Below, piece by piece: positions 45,199 to 54,703 of a stretch of 64,000 bases of DNA (position 1 is the first letter of the stretch; every line of letters starts with the position of its first letter). The notes beneath the pieces were generated by a model. The model was not told the DNA's origin. It searched no databases and worked only from the letters and a program-made list of their open reading frames with translations. The DNA comes from an uncultured Gammaproteobacteria bacterium. GTDB lineage: Bacteria > Patescibacteriota > Patescibacteriia > UBA11705 > JABHMO01. The translations under genes and the position numbers were made by a program. The DNA lies in the NCBI GenBank assembly GCA_964486065.1, contig CAZAKN010000002.1:29452-93451 (forward strand). The letters run 5' to 3'.

Positions 45199-46080
45199 CT
45201 ATTTTATTTCATCTTTCAACTTATACTCATTTTCTTTTATTACTTCTTCACCATAAACACCCCTCAATAAATTTACATCTTTTCTACTTTTTATCAACAA
45301 TTCATTATTCTTTCTTTCTATAGATTTTAAAACCTTTAATCCTATTTCATCACCCACATATTTTTCATACACTCTAAAAAACGCATGAAAATCTTTAATA
45401 AAACAATGTCCTCCTGCACCTCGACCACTTTTATGCACGGGATCCAAATGACTTTTTCCAATCCGGGGATCAGCCGAAACAGCTTCTTTTATCTTTGCCC
45501 AATCAAGCCCTCTTCTATCAACTAAATCATAAAAAATATTTGCAAATACAACTTTTACATAAAACCAACAATTGCCGAAATATTTCACCATTTCAGCTTC
45601 TTCCGCTTTCATTATTTTATTAAAATTGGCTTTGGGGAGAACCTGCAACACTTCTTTTGCTTTGTTTTGATAAGTTTCATTCATTACCGGCAAACCAATT
45701 ATATTTCTATCCGGATTGGCGGCATCATAAGCTGCCGTAACCTCTGACAAAAACTCTGGCGAATGCAACACAAAAATATCAGGGTTCTCTTCTTGTATGG
45801 AAAAAGTTGTTCTCGGAACTATGGTGGATTTTATAATTACTATTTTACCAGGTCCAACTAATTTAACTGCTCCTCTAACAATACTATCATCAAAACCCTT
45901 GGGAGTAGAAGGTGTGGGCACAGCAATAAAGACCATGTCGCAATCTTTTATTTTTTCTTTATTTTGCACATAAGGTTCTTCCAAGGCATAACGAACTACT
46001 TCAAATCCTCTTTGTTCAAAATTATCCGCATAATTTTTACCGATCCAGCCTTGACCGATAAAACCAATTTTTTGTTTCAT
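45199..46080 (-). CDS. UDP-glucose/GDP-mannose dehydrogenase-family protein, short form lacking the C-terminal nucleotide-sugar-binding domain
   Basis: Rossmann GFIGQGWIGKNYA, SPEFLSEVTAAYDAANPDRNIIG and catalytic-Cys motif GRGAGGHCFIKD. Only ~45 residues follow the Cys. Confidence 0.6.
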   Translation of the reverse strand: MKQKIGFIGQGWIGKNYADNFEQRGFEVVRYALEEPYVQNKEKIKDCDMVFIAVPTPSTPKGFDDSIVRGAVKLVGPGKIVIIKSTIVPRTTFSIQEENPDIFVLHSPEFLSEVTAAYDAANPDRNIIGLPVMNETYQNKAKEVLQVLPKANFNKIMKAEEAEMVKYFGNCWFYVKVVFANIFYDLVDRRGLDWAKIKEAVSADPRIGKSHLDPVHKSGRGAGGHCFIKDFHAFFRVYEKYVGDEIGLKVLKSIERKNNELLIKSRKDVNLLRGVYGEEVIKENEYKLKDEIK

Positions 46081-46227
46081 ATATTTACTCTTAATAATTA
46101 TCACTATTTCCCAATTTTAGTATCAAATTAATTATTACATGATTTTTGTTACCAACATCCCAAACGGTTTACTACGCTTTATGCTGCGCGACTTTTTCAA
46201 CACGGTTAATTCATTCTTTTTTCCTCT

Positions 46228-47601
46228 TTACATCCCCTCTCTGCTCAACACAATGCGCACTGTCCGCAAAAGAATCATCATGTAAAGCAACATGGAACGA
46301 TTTTTTATGTAAAACAAATCATGTTGTAATTTTTCCAAAGTATCTTCAGTGGTATTACCGTAACGATATTTAACTTGCGCCCAACCGGTTAAACCGGGTT
46401 TAACCAAATGACGACGAGTGTAAAAAGGAATTTGTTCTTTTAATTGAGCAACAAACTCCGGTCTTTCAGGCCGCGGTCCCACCAAGCTCATTTGCCCTTT
46501 TAAAACATTAATCAATTGCGGAATCTCATCAAGTCTGGTTTTTCTCAAAAATCCGCCCACCCGAGTGATTCTCGGATCATTTTCTTTTGCCCAGACAGCG
46601 CCACTATCCTTTTCCGCGTCTTGCGTCATGGTGCGAAATTTATACAAAGTAAACGGTTTACCATGTTGTCCGATTCTGGTTTGAGAATAAATTATCTTGC
46701 CTCTGGAATTAAGTTTTATGGCCAAGGCCACCAAAGGGGAAAATGGCAAAAATAATATTAACATCCAAAAAGCGGCTACTCCGTCAATAATTTGTTTTAA
46801 ATTTTCAAAACCGTATTTGCCCGCGTGGATATGAGACAAAAACCAAGTTTGATCAATATATTCCACCGGAACCTTACCGGTCGCTTGTTCGTAAAATCGC
46901 GGTAAATCAACCACGATTATACCCGCGTACAAAATTTCCGCCAATTTATCCGTTACCGAAGAATACTTATGATAATCAAAAAAAGTTACCACTTCATTTA
47001 TGCCATGTTCGGAAATTAATTTTTCCAAATCTCCAACCGAACCGAGCAAGGGGATTTTACTGTCAAAACCGGCTTGCGCTTGTCCCAAATTAACGAAACC
47101 AACAACTTCATATTCCAATTCACTGGGATGAATCAATTCATCCAATTTTTCAATTTTATTGATATCATCTCCGACCAACAATACTTTTGATTTTATAGCC
47201 GGTCGAAACAATTTATTCCAAGCGTATCGCCATAAACCGATTAAAACCAAAGATAAAACTCCGATCAGCACCAACAATAATCTCGGTGAAATGGACATGG
47301 AAATAAAATAGAATATGATAACCGAGATAATGTAATTAAGCAAAATGCCGGTTAGCAAATTGGAAAAAACAAAAGAAAGGCTTTTAATTTTTCGCAAATC
47401 ATACAAATCAAGTAAGTAAAACACCAAGAGCCAAAACAAAAAAACCACGGCGAATTGCTCATAATGACCTTCAAAGCAATATCTGACATTACCGGTCATC
47501 CAATAGCGGATCTTAAGAGCAATGTAAAGTGCGCCGAAAAGTAATATCAAATCAATTAACAGCAAGGTTATCTTGCGAAAATAATATTTACTTCTGAACA
47601 T
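46228..47601 (-). CDS. undecaprenyl-phosphate sugar phosphotransferase (WbaP/WcaJ-type priming PGT)
   Basis: N-terminal TM helices. C-terminal VGPRPERPEF and KPGLTGWAQV motifs. Confidence 0.8.
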   Translation of the reverse strand: MFRSKYYFRKITLLLIDLILLFGALYIALKIRYWMTGNVRYCFEGHYEQFAVVFLFWLLVFYLLDLYDLRKIKSLSFVFSNLLTGILLNYIISVIIFYFISMSISPRLLLVLIGVLSLVLIGLWRYAWNKLFRPAIKSKVLLVGDDINKIEKLDELIHPSELEYEVVGFVNLGQAQAGFDSKIPLLGSVGDLEKLISEHGINEVVTFFDYHKYSSVTDKLAEILYAGIIVVDLPRFYEQATGKVPVEYIDQTWFLSHIHAGKYGFENLKQIIDGVAAFWMLILFLPFSPLVALAIKLNSRGKIIYSQTRIGQHGKPFTLYKFRTMTQDAEKDSGAVWAKENDPRITRVGGFLRKTRLDEIPQLINVLKGQMSLVGPRPERPEFVAQLKEQIPFYTRRHLVKPGLTGWAQVKYRYGNTTEDTLEKLQHDLFYIKNRSMLLYMMILLRTVRIVLSREGM

Positions 47602-47720
47602 AAGCTTTCCGCTTATATTTTAGCAAATTTTAAGGAATATTTTAAGTGTATAAATCAAAGGATTTATTGTATAACTTTATTTAATTTTAGATAAAAATCA
47701 AACTGGAGACAAACTGAATA

Positions 47721-47753
47721 AAAACAAGGACGGGCTTCAGCCCGTCCTTGTTT
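47721..47753 (-). terminator. rho-independent terminator after the SWIB gene
   Basis: 11-bp stem caaggacgggc-ttca-gcccgtccttg. T-run on the minus strand. Confidence 0.6.
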
Positions 47754-47764
47754 GAAATCTATAT

Positions 47765-48025
47765 TTAGTCGGTTAAATGTTTTGATACCAATTTGGTCAT
47801 TTCAAACATGGTAACTTCTTTTTTTCCGCCAAAAACTTTTTTCAATTTTTCATCTGCTAAAATGTTTCTTTTGTTTTTGGGATTTTGCAAATCATGCTTT
47901 TTGATGTACTCCCAAATTTTCTTAACTACATCCATTCTTGGCATAGGCCCTTTTCCCACTACCTCTTCTAATTCCGGAGAAAGATTCAATGGCTTTTTTA
48001 AAGCCGGATTTAATTTTCTTGGCAT
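47765..48025 (-). CDS. SWIB/MDM2-domain protein
   Basis: SPELEEVVGKGPMPRMDVVKKIWEYIKKHDLQNPKNKRNILADEKLKKVFGGKKEVTMFEMTKLVSKHL. Confidence 0.8.
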   Translation of the reverse strand: MPRKLNPALKKPLNLSPELEEVVGKGPMPRMDVVKKIWEYIKKHDLQNPKNKRNILADEKLKKVFGGKKEVTMFEMTKLVSKHLTD

Positions 48026-48101
48026 AATGTTTATAAGCCGTAACGGCGCATATCAGGTTTCAACAAATAAACTTGATATCACCTTAATGGCTTAATTAAT
48101 G

Positions 48102-49352
48102 TTACTTATCTTTGTCATTAACATTATACCAAAGATCAGCCAATCTTTCCAGAGCGGCAATAAAAGCGGCGGTACGCAAAGCAATTTTTTTTTCTTCGTG
48201 AATCTTCCAAATATTTTCCCAAGCCGGCACAATGATGCTTTTTAATTCTTGATTAACTTTATCAACCGGCCAATTTTCTTTTTCCAAATTTTGTTTCCAT
48301 TCAAAATAACTAACCGTAACTCCTCCGCTATTCGCCAAAACATCAGGCACTGTTTTTACTCCATTTTTAGCCAAAATTTCATCCGCTTCGGGAGCTATGG
48401 GACCATTAGCCAATTCAATGATAAATTTAGCTTTAATTTCCGACGCATTATCAGCGGTAATCTGATTCTCCAAAGCCGCCGGCACTAAAATATCCGCCGG
48501 CACTTGCAAAACTTGTTCATTACTCAAGGCTTCTGCCCCCCGAAAACCAGCTACCGAACCTGTGGATTTCTTATAATCAAAAAGTTGCTTTACATCCAAA
48601 CCTTGTGGATTATGAATTCCACCTCTTGAATCGGAAACAGCCACGACTTTATAACCCGCTTCCGAGCAAAGTTCCGCCATAATTGAACCGGCGTTGCCGA
48701 ATCCTTGAATCGCTATGGAAATATCTTGTTTATTTTTATCAATTTTTCCGGTTTCCACAGCGTTTTCCAAAATGTAAAATCCTCCCATGGCCGTAGCTTT
48801 ATCTCTACCCAAACTGCCTCCAGCTTCCACAGGTTTTCCCGTTACCACGGCTAAATCTTTTTCACCTGCAAATTCCGCGTAAGCTTCCACAATCCAATTC
48901 ATAATTTGTCCGTTGGTATAAACATCGGGAGCCGGAACATCAACTTGAGAACCTATATTAGGCGCCAATGCTTTGGTAAAATTTTGCGTTAATTGTTTAA
49001 GTTCAGCTTCTGACAACTCCTTCGGGTTAACCGTAATCCCCCCTTTACCGCCCCCCATGGGCAAACCGGCCACCGCGGTTTTGATTGTCATCCAAAAAGC
49101 CAAGGCTTTCACTTCAGCCAAGTCCACGGCAGGATAATATCGCAAACCGCCTTTATATGGCCCCGCCCAATTATTATATTGAACGCGATATCCTTGAAAA
49201 ATTTTCAAGGCTCCGTTGTCCATGCGTACCAGCACTTTCACTTCCAATACGCGATCGGGAATCCGCAAAAGTTCTTTAACTTCTTGATCCAAATCCATGA
49301 TACTCGCGGCTTTATCCAACTGACTCATGGCGTTTTCAAAAGGATTTTTCAT
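48102..49352 (-). CDS. gdhA: NAD(P)-dependent glutamate dehydrogenase
   Basis: GPYKGGLRYYP...PMGGGKGG. Glu/Leu/Phe/Val dehydrogenase signatures. Confidence 0.9.
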   Translation of the reverse strand: MKNPFENAMSQLDKAASIMDLDQEVKELLRIPDRVLEVKVLVRMDNGALKIFQGYRVQYNNWAGPYKGGLRYYPAVDLAEVKALAFWMTIKTAVAGLPMGGGKGGITVNPKELSEAELKQLTQNFTKALAPNIGSQVDVPAPDVYTNGQIMNWIVEAYAEFAGEKDLAVVTGKPVEAGGSLGRDKATAMGGFYILENAVETGKIDKNKQDISIAIQGFGNAGSIMAELCSEAGYKVVAVSDSRGGIHNPQGLDVKQLFDYKKSTGSVAGFRGAEALSNEQVLQVPADILVPAALENQITADNASEIKAKFIIELANGPIAPEADEILAKNGVKTVPDVLANSGGVTVSYFEWKQNLEKENWPVDKVNQELKSIIVPAWENIWKIHEEKKIALRTAAFIAALERLADLWYNVNDKDK

Positions 49353-49356
49353 ATAT

Positions 49357-50319
49357 TTATTTTTTATATCTGCTTAAATCGGGAGCCAAAGAAAATTGTC
49401 CGCCTCTTTTTTCTTGAATATATTTTGCCGCGGACAAAGCCGCTTTGGCGCCTTCTCCCGCGGAAATCACCGCTTGTTTAAAGGGAGAATTGGTAACATC
49501 TCCCGCCGCGAAAATCCCGGCATGAGAAGTTTTCGCTTCTTTGTCGGTAACCACATAGCCATATTCATCCAGGTCAACCAAATCTTTTACAAAATCGGTT
49601 TTGGTCATCCAGCCTATTTCCACGAACACGGCGGATAAAGTCAATTCCGTTTCAGAACCATTTTGATTATTCAATAAAATCACTTTTTCCAATTTATCAT
49701 TACCTTTGAATTCTTTAACTTCCGTAAAATTCATAATTTCAATATTGTCTTTGGCTTTTACCGCGTCAATCAAAACCTGTTCAGCCCGATATTTTTCCGT
49801 GCGATTGAAAATGTAAACTTTCTCGCAAATATCGGACAAATAATCAGCCGCGTCAAAAGCGGAATTACCACCTCCGACCACGCCAACAATTTTATTTTTA
49901 AACAAAGGTCCGTCACAAGTCGCGCAATATGCCACGCCACGACCGGTTAACTCTTTTTCCCCCGGCGCGTTCAATTTGCGATGTTCCAATCCAAACGCTA
50001 AAATTACAGCTTGCGCGCCAAACTCTTCTCCGCTTTTGATTTTTACGGTATAGTCACCTCCTCCTTCTTCAACTTCAATCACCTCATCATATTTTATTTT
50101 GGCTCCCGCGCTTTCCGCTTGTTCACGAAACTTATCCATCAATTCGGGCCCGGTTATGGTTCCGGTTCCTGGATAATTTTCCACTTCCGTGGTAATTGAT
50201 ACTTGCCCACCGAGATCCTTGGTGATAATCAAAGTGCTAAGCGCTCTTCTCGCCGTATACAAAGACGCTGTTAAACCGGCCGGCGCTCCGCCGATTATTA
50301 TTACATCATACTTATTCAT
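49357..50319 (-). CDS. trxB: thioredoxin reductase
   Basis: DVIIIGGAPAGLTASLY...CATCDGP...GGGNSA. Confidence 0.9.
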   Translation of the reverse strand: MNKYDVIIIGGAPAGLTASLYTARRALSTLIITKDLGGQVSITTEVENYPGTGTITGPELMDKFREQAESAGAKIKYDEVIEVEEGGGDYTVKIKSGEEFGAQAVILAFGLEHRKLNAPGEKELTGRGVAYCATCDGPLFKNKIVGVVGGGNSAFDAADYLSDICEKVYIFNRTEKYRAEQVLIDAVKAKDNIEIMNFTEVKEFKGNDKLEKVILLNNQNGSETELTLSAVFVEIGWMTKTDFVKDLVDLDEYGYVVTDKEAKTSHAGIFAAGDVTNSPFKQAVISAGEGAKAALSAAKYIQEKRGGQFSLAPDLSRYKK

Positions 50320-50325
50320 AATAAA

Positions 50326-50697
50326 TCAGTTAATTGTCGGTCTTTGATTTCGAGAAAAAGCTTTTTCCATTTTCCTTTGCCAACTTTCCCCTTCTTCCAC
50401 CACTTTATCCAAATTCATGAGCTGTCTTTCCAAATCGGTTTTCATCTCCAAGGTCTCCTGAATTACTCGTTGTAGTTCTTTAATGGTTTGCTTTATTTCT
50501 TCTTCCGAATATTGTTCAAAATTTTTCGAACTTAAAGCCTTTTGAAAATCCTTCATTCTTATCGTTAAGATTCTCATCACTTCTCCCATGTTGTGTATTT
50601 CATTCACCAAATTTTCTCCCGCGACGATTAAAATTTTACGAGAATCATCTTTTTCAAATTTTTTAAAATAATTTACTCCTTTTTCCATACTACTCAT
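50326..50697 (-). CDS. hypothetical coiled-coil protein between trxB and trxA
   Basis: 123 aa, charged/helical, no motifs. Confidence 0.5.
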   Translation of the reverse strand: MSSMEKGVNYFKKFEKDDSRKILIVAGENLVNEIHNMGEVMRILTIRMKDFQKALSSKNFEQYSEEEIKQTIKELQRVIQETLEMKTDLERQLMNLDKVVEEGESWQRKMEKAFSRNQRPTIN

Positions 50698-50710
50698 ATT
50701 ATTTATTTAT

Positions 50711-51046
50711 TTATTTATGCGATTCTAATTTTTCTTTTAAACTCTCCTTGCTTTGCAAGCCCATCAAAGTTTCCGCTGGTTCACCGTTTTTGAAAATAAT
50801 CAAAGTTGGAATACTCATGATATTATATTTTCCGGCGGTAGCATTTGCTTCATCAACATTCAATTTAGCGACTTTAAATTCACTGCCCTCCAGATCCTTA
50901 GCCAATTCATCAATAATCGGCCCTTGCATTTTACACGGTCCACACCATTCCGCGTAAAAATCCACCAAAACCGGACCGGAGAATTGTAAAACTTCAGCTT
51001 CAAAATTTTGATCGTTTACTTGTAAAGACATACTTTCTAAGATCAA
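50711..51046 (-). CDS. trxA: thioredoxin
   Basis: VDFYAEWCGPCKMQGP. Confidence 0.9.
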   Translation of the reverse strand: MILESMSLQVNDQNFEAEVLQFSGPVLVDFYAEWCGPCKMQGPIIDELAKDLEGSEFKVAKLNVDEANATAGKYNIMSIPTLIIFKNGEPAETLMGLQSKESLKEKLESHK

Positions 51047-51101
51047 TCGGCGATAAAAGATAATTATTGGAAATTAACTCAAATCGTGATTGAACAAATT
51101 A

Positions 51102-51242
51102 TTATTTTTTATTATTTTCCAGCCAATATCGTAAGACATGGCGAATAAATTCGCTTTTATTGACGAATTTATGTTTTTTCATTTGTTGTTCAACTTCCTT
51201 ACACATATCTTCGGGAAGCGACAAGGTTACAACACATCTCAT
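51102..51242 (-). CDS. ribbon-helix-helix (CopG/Arc/ParD-like) small DNA-binding protein, 46 aa; not in the ORF track (<60 aa)
   Basis: MRCVVTLSLPEDMCKEVEQQMKKHKFVNKSEFIRHVLRYWLENNKK: beta-strand then two helices, typical RHH. TATAAT lies 5 nt upstream of the ATG (leaderless-type). Confidence 0.55.
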   Translation of the reverse strand: MRCVVTLSLPEDMCKEVEQQMKKHKFVNKSEFIRHVLRYWLENNKK

Positions 51243-51336
51243 AATATTATAATTATTTTTCGCGGAACACCGGGAGGATAAGCGCGTATTACGGGCATTG
51301 AAAAGGCTCCATAATTTGCGACAAATGCGTCACGCT

Positions 51337-51357
51337 CTGTATTACATTGTAATACAG
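51337..51357. promoter_or_regulatory. 21-bp perfect palindrome (candidate operator)
   Basis: ctgtattaca-t-tgtaatacag, ~95 nt upstream of the RHH gene and just downstream of the infB terminator. Confidence 0.5.
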
Positions 51358-51370
51358 GTAAATATATTGT

Positions 51371-51399
51371 CAAATAAAAAAGAGGCTTCACGACCTCTC
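51371..51399 (-). terminator. rho-independent terminator after infB
   Basis: agaggc-ttcac-gacctct hairpin, then tttttatttg on the minus strand. Confidence 0.45.
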
Positions 51400-51412
51400 T
51401 TATGTAAAATTA

Positions 51413-53383
51413 TTATAATTTTTTCTTTTGCTCTCTTTCAATATATAGATCTAAAATATCTCCTGCTTCAATCAATGGCTGGCCTTCAAACTTAATACCA
51501 CACTCTTGTCCCTTTACCACATCTTTAACCTCCTCTTTTCCGCTTTTCAATTCAACAATTTTTCCGGAAGTAACAAATTCATCATTTCTGATAACCGCGG
51601 CACTGACACCGTTTTCAACTTTTCCGAAAATCACTTTACCTCCCACCACTTGAAAATTTTCACCTTTTTTAAATAAAGCCAAAATTTCCATTTTACCAAG
51701 ATCTTCTCGGATTACTTCAGTTTTGGCAATATTACGCAAAGCTTGCTTAACATCGGCAATCAATTCATAAATGATTTTATACTGCTTTATTTCCACTTCT
51801 TTCTCTTGAGCCAAACCGGCGACCGCTTGCGACGGGATCACATTAAAACCGATCAACATGGCGCCCGTAGCTTCCGCGGACAAAACATCGCTTTCAGTGA
51901 CACTTCCCAAACCTTTGGACACAAAATTGATTTTAAAATCAGCTGTTTCCAATTTTTTCAAAGATTCCATGATCGCTTCTTGCGAACCCAAAACATCTGC
52001 ACGCAAAATAATATTCAATTGAGCGGCTTCGCTTTCTTCACTGCCTTGTTGCTTTTTATGCTGAATATAACTTTCATCTTGCTTTTGCATGGCGTAAGTT
52101 TTAGCTTTTTTGGCTTTTTTCGGATCATCAACTATTTCCAAAACATCTCCAACCTTCGGCGCCACTTTCAAACCGATTATTTTAACCGGCACGGATGGCC
52201 CGGCTTGCTGAATTTCTTCACCTTTATAATTTTCCATTAAACGGATTTTTCCATATAACACTCCATCAACCACCACATATTGCCCTTTACGCAAGGTTCC
52301 GTTCTTCACCAAAACGGTGGCTACCGGACCTTGTCCTTTGTCAACATGAGCTTCAATAATACTGCCAATAAAATCTCCCTTGGGATTGGCTTTTATATCG
52401 GCTTGATTCATTTCCGCGATTAACAAAACACTTTCCAAAAGACCATCAATATTTTTATTGAACTTGGCGGAAATTTCCACAAATACCGTATTGCCCCCCC
52501 AATCTTCCGGCATTAAATTATATTGTGACAATTCTTGTTTAACTTTATCCGGATTGGCATCCGGCAAATCAATTTTATTAACTGCCACAATAATGGGGAT
52601 GCCCGCTTCTTGCGCAATTTTCAATGCTTCTACGGTTTGAGGTTTAACACCTTCGGTAGCTGCCACTACCAAAATAGCAATATCCGCCACTTTGGCACCA
52701 CGACTACGCATGGCGGTAAAAGCTTCATGCCCCGGAGTATCAATAAATGTTACCTTTTTACCCTTTTTAGTAACCTGATACGCGCCGATATGTTGCGTAA
52801 TTCCGCCGGCTTCGCCGGAAACCACATCGGTTTTTCTGATCGCGTCCAAAGTTTTCGTTTTTCCATGATCAACATGCCCCATAACCACCACCACCGGTGC
52901 TCTTTCGGTAATTTTTTGCTCTTGCAATTTGGCCGCCACTTCCTTTGCTTTATCAACTTCCACTTTTTCTTGAGCGTCAATTTGTTCAGCTTCATAACCC
53001 AAATCTCCTGCTACGATAGCAGCAGTATCAAAATCAATTTTTTGATTCATTGAAGCCATTACTCCGGCCTTCATAAGCTCGGTAATCGCCAAACTAACCG
53101 GAATACCCAAAAGTTCAGCAAAATCCTTTACCGTCAACACCGCGGGAATTTGCACCCTTAAATCCTTGGGATCAGCATCTTCGGTTTTCTTCAAATATTT
53201 TTCGTACTTGGCTTTTTGTCTTTCCCTATCCAATTTTTCATACCAAGATCTGACTATGCGTGAAGCCAATCTATTATCAACCTTGATAGCTTTCGCGCCA
53301 ATATCAAAACCAAGCTCCGGTAATTTTTCCCTGAGCTCCTCCGTGCTAAGTTTCATTTTTCTAGCTAATTCGCTGATATTCAT
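51413..53383 (-). CDS. infB: translation initiation factor IF-2
   Basis: [17 protein letters not shown]-domain and C-terminal domains, 656 aa. Confidence 0.95.
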   Translation of the reverse strand: MNISELARKMKLSTEELREKLPELGFDIGAKAIKVDNRLASRIVRSWYEKLDRERQKAKYEKYLKKTEDADPKDLRVQIPAVLTVKDFAELLGIPVSLAITELMKAGVMASMNQKIDFDTAAIVAGDLGYEAEQIDAQEKVEVDKAKEVAAKLQEQKITERAPVVVVMGHVDHGKTKTLDAIRKTDVVSGEAGGITQHIGAYQVTKKGKKVTFIDTPGHEAFTAMRSRGAKVADIAILVVAATEGVKPQTVEALKIAQEAGIPIIVAVNKIDLPDANPDKVKQELSQYNLMPEDWGGNTVFVEISAKFNKNIDGLLESVLLIAEMNQADIKANPKGDFIGSIIEAHVDKGQGPVATVLVKNGTLRKGQYVVVDGVLYGKIRLMENYKGEEIQQAGPSVPVKIIGLKVAPKVGDVLEIVDDPKKAKKAKTYAMQKQDESYIQHKKQQGSEESEAAQLNIILRADVLGSQEAIMESLKKLETADFKINFVSKGLGSVTESDVLSAEATGAMLIGFNVIPSQAVAGLAQEKEVEIKQYKIIYELIADVKQALRNIAKTEVIREDLGKMEILALFKKGENFQVVGGKVIFGKVENGVSAAVIRNDEFVTSGKIVELKSGKEEVKDVVKGQECGIKFEGQPLIEAGDILDLYIEREQKKKL

Positions 53384-53496
53384 ATAAGTGTTTTAATTTT
53401 AGCAAAAAATCATATACCAGTCAATCGTATTAGCATAATATCTCCAACTTAATTAGGAATTGCCAAAACCTCAAATTTAAGCTATATTTATGCCAT

Positions 53497-54636
53497 ATGA
53501 CACAATATTATTTTATCTTCGGCAACCATCCGGAATTGGCCAAAGCCGAATTAAAAAATAAACTTAGCGCGATGAATACGGCCTATGAAATACTGGGCGG
53601 TAAAAATAATTATTTAATTTTACAAAGCAATAATCTTCTGCCGGAAAAACTGCTGTCGCAACTTGGAGGCACGATTAAGGTCGGAGAGGTTTTGAAAAAA
53701 GATTCGCGAATTAATCCGAACGCTATTCTGCATTACGCGACAAGCTCCCAAACGGAAAAATTGCATTTCGGTATCAGCTCTTATGGTTTTCATCCTAATT
53801 TAAACAAATGGGGAGCTGAAATAAAAAAAGAACTCAAACAAAACCAACGCCGAGCTCGCTTCGTTACTTCAAAACAAAATCCACTGAGCAGTGTTATAGT
53901 AAAAAAAGAAATTTTAAATAAAGATGGCTTGGAATTTTGTGTTCTAAAACAAGGCGATGACTATTGGCTGGGAAAAACATTGGCGGTGCAAGATTTCGCA
54001 ACCTATTCAGTCTTTGATTACAGTCGGCCGAGACGAGATGAACTGGTGGGAATGCTACCGCCCAAATTGGCGCAAATCATGATCAATTTAAGCGAAGCCA
54101 AACCGGAACATAAAATTCTGGACCCCTTCTGTGGCATGGGAACGATTTTACAACAAGCTTCACTGCTGAATTTTGAAAATTTATTCGGAACGGATAAAAG
54201 TCAAGATTCTTTAGACGCCGCGGAAGAAAATCGTCAATGGCTTGAAGAAAAATTGAAACGAGAACTTGATTGGCATTTACAAAAAACCGACGCGCGCGAT
54301 CTGGATAAAATTTTTAAATCAAACGAATTTGATCGCATTATCAGCGAACCATTCATGGGACCAGCTTTGAAACAAAATACTTCCGTTCAAGAAATTCAAA
54401 AAAACATTCAAAAACTAACCGGTCTTTATCAAGAAAGTTTAAACGCTTGCGCCAAAATTTTAAAACCGGAAGGGATAATGGTTTTCATCATACCAAGCTT
54501 CGTATTGAAAAAAGAGGCATACGCGATAAATTTTAAAAAAATATTACCACCAAAATTGAAACTGAAAAAATCATGGCTCTATGCCCGTAGCGGACAATTA
54601 GTTAAACGCAATATTTTACTTCTTATTAAAACTTAA
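53497..54636 (+). CDS. putative RNA methyltransferase (RlmL/Trm14-like; class I SAM MTase)
   Basis: LDPFCGMGTILQQA (motif I) and a later SEPFMGP motif. The ~180-aa N-terminal region could be THUMP-like. Confidence 0.6.
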   Translation: MTQYYFIFGNHPELAKAELKNKLSAMNTAYEILGGKNNYLILQSNNLLPEKLLSQLGGTIKVGEVLKKDSRINPNAILHYATSSQTEKLHFGISSYGFHPNLNKWGAEIKKELKQNQRRARFVTSKQNPLSSVIVKKEILNKDGLEFCVLKQGDDYWLGKTLAVQDFATYSVFDYSRPRRDELVGMLPPKLAQIMINLSEAKPEHKILDPFCGMGTILQQASLLNFENLFGTDKSQDSLDAAEENRQWLEEKLKRELDWHLQKTDARDLDKIFKSNEFDRIISEPFMGPALKQNTSVQEIQKNIQKLTGLYQESLNACAKILKPEGIMVFIIPSFVLKKEAYAINFKKILPPKLKLKKSWLYARSGQLVKRNILLLIKT

Positions 54637-54641
54637 ATACA

Positions 54642-54676
54642 AGAGGCTCGAGCTAAGCTCGAGCCTCTTTTTTTAT
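54642..54676. terminator. rho-independent terminator
   Basis: 12-bp stem AGAGGCTCGAGC-taa-GCTCGAGCCTCT + T9. Confidence 0.7.
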
Positions 54677-54703
54677 TTTTGTTTTGGAAGCAAATCGGAA
54701 GAG

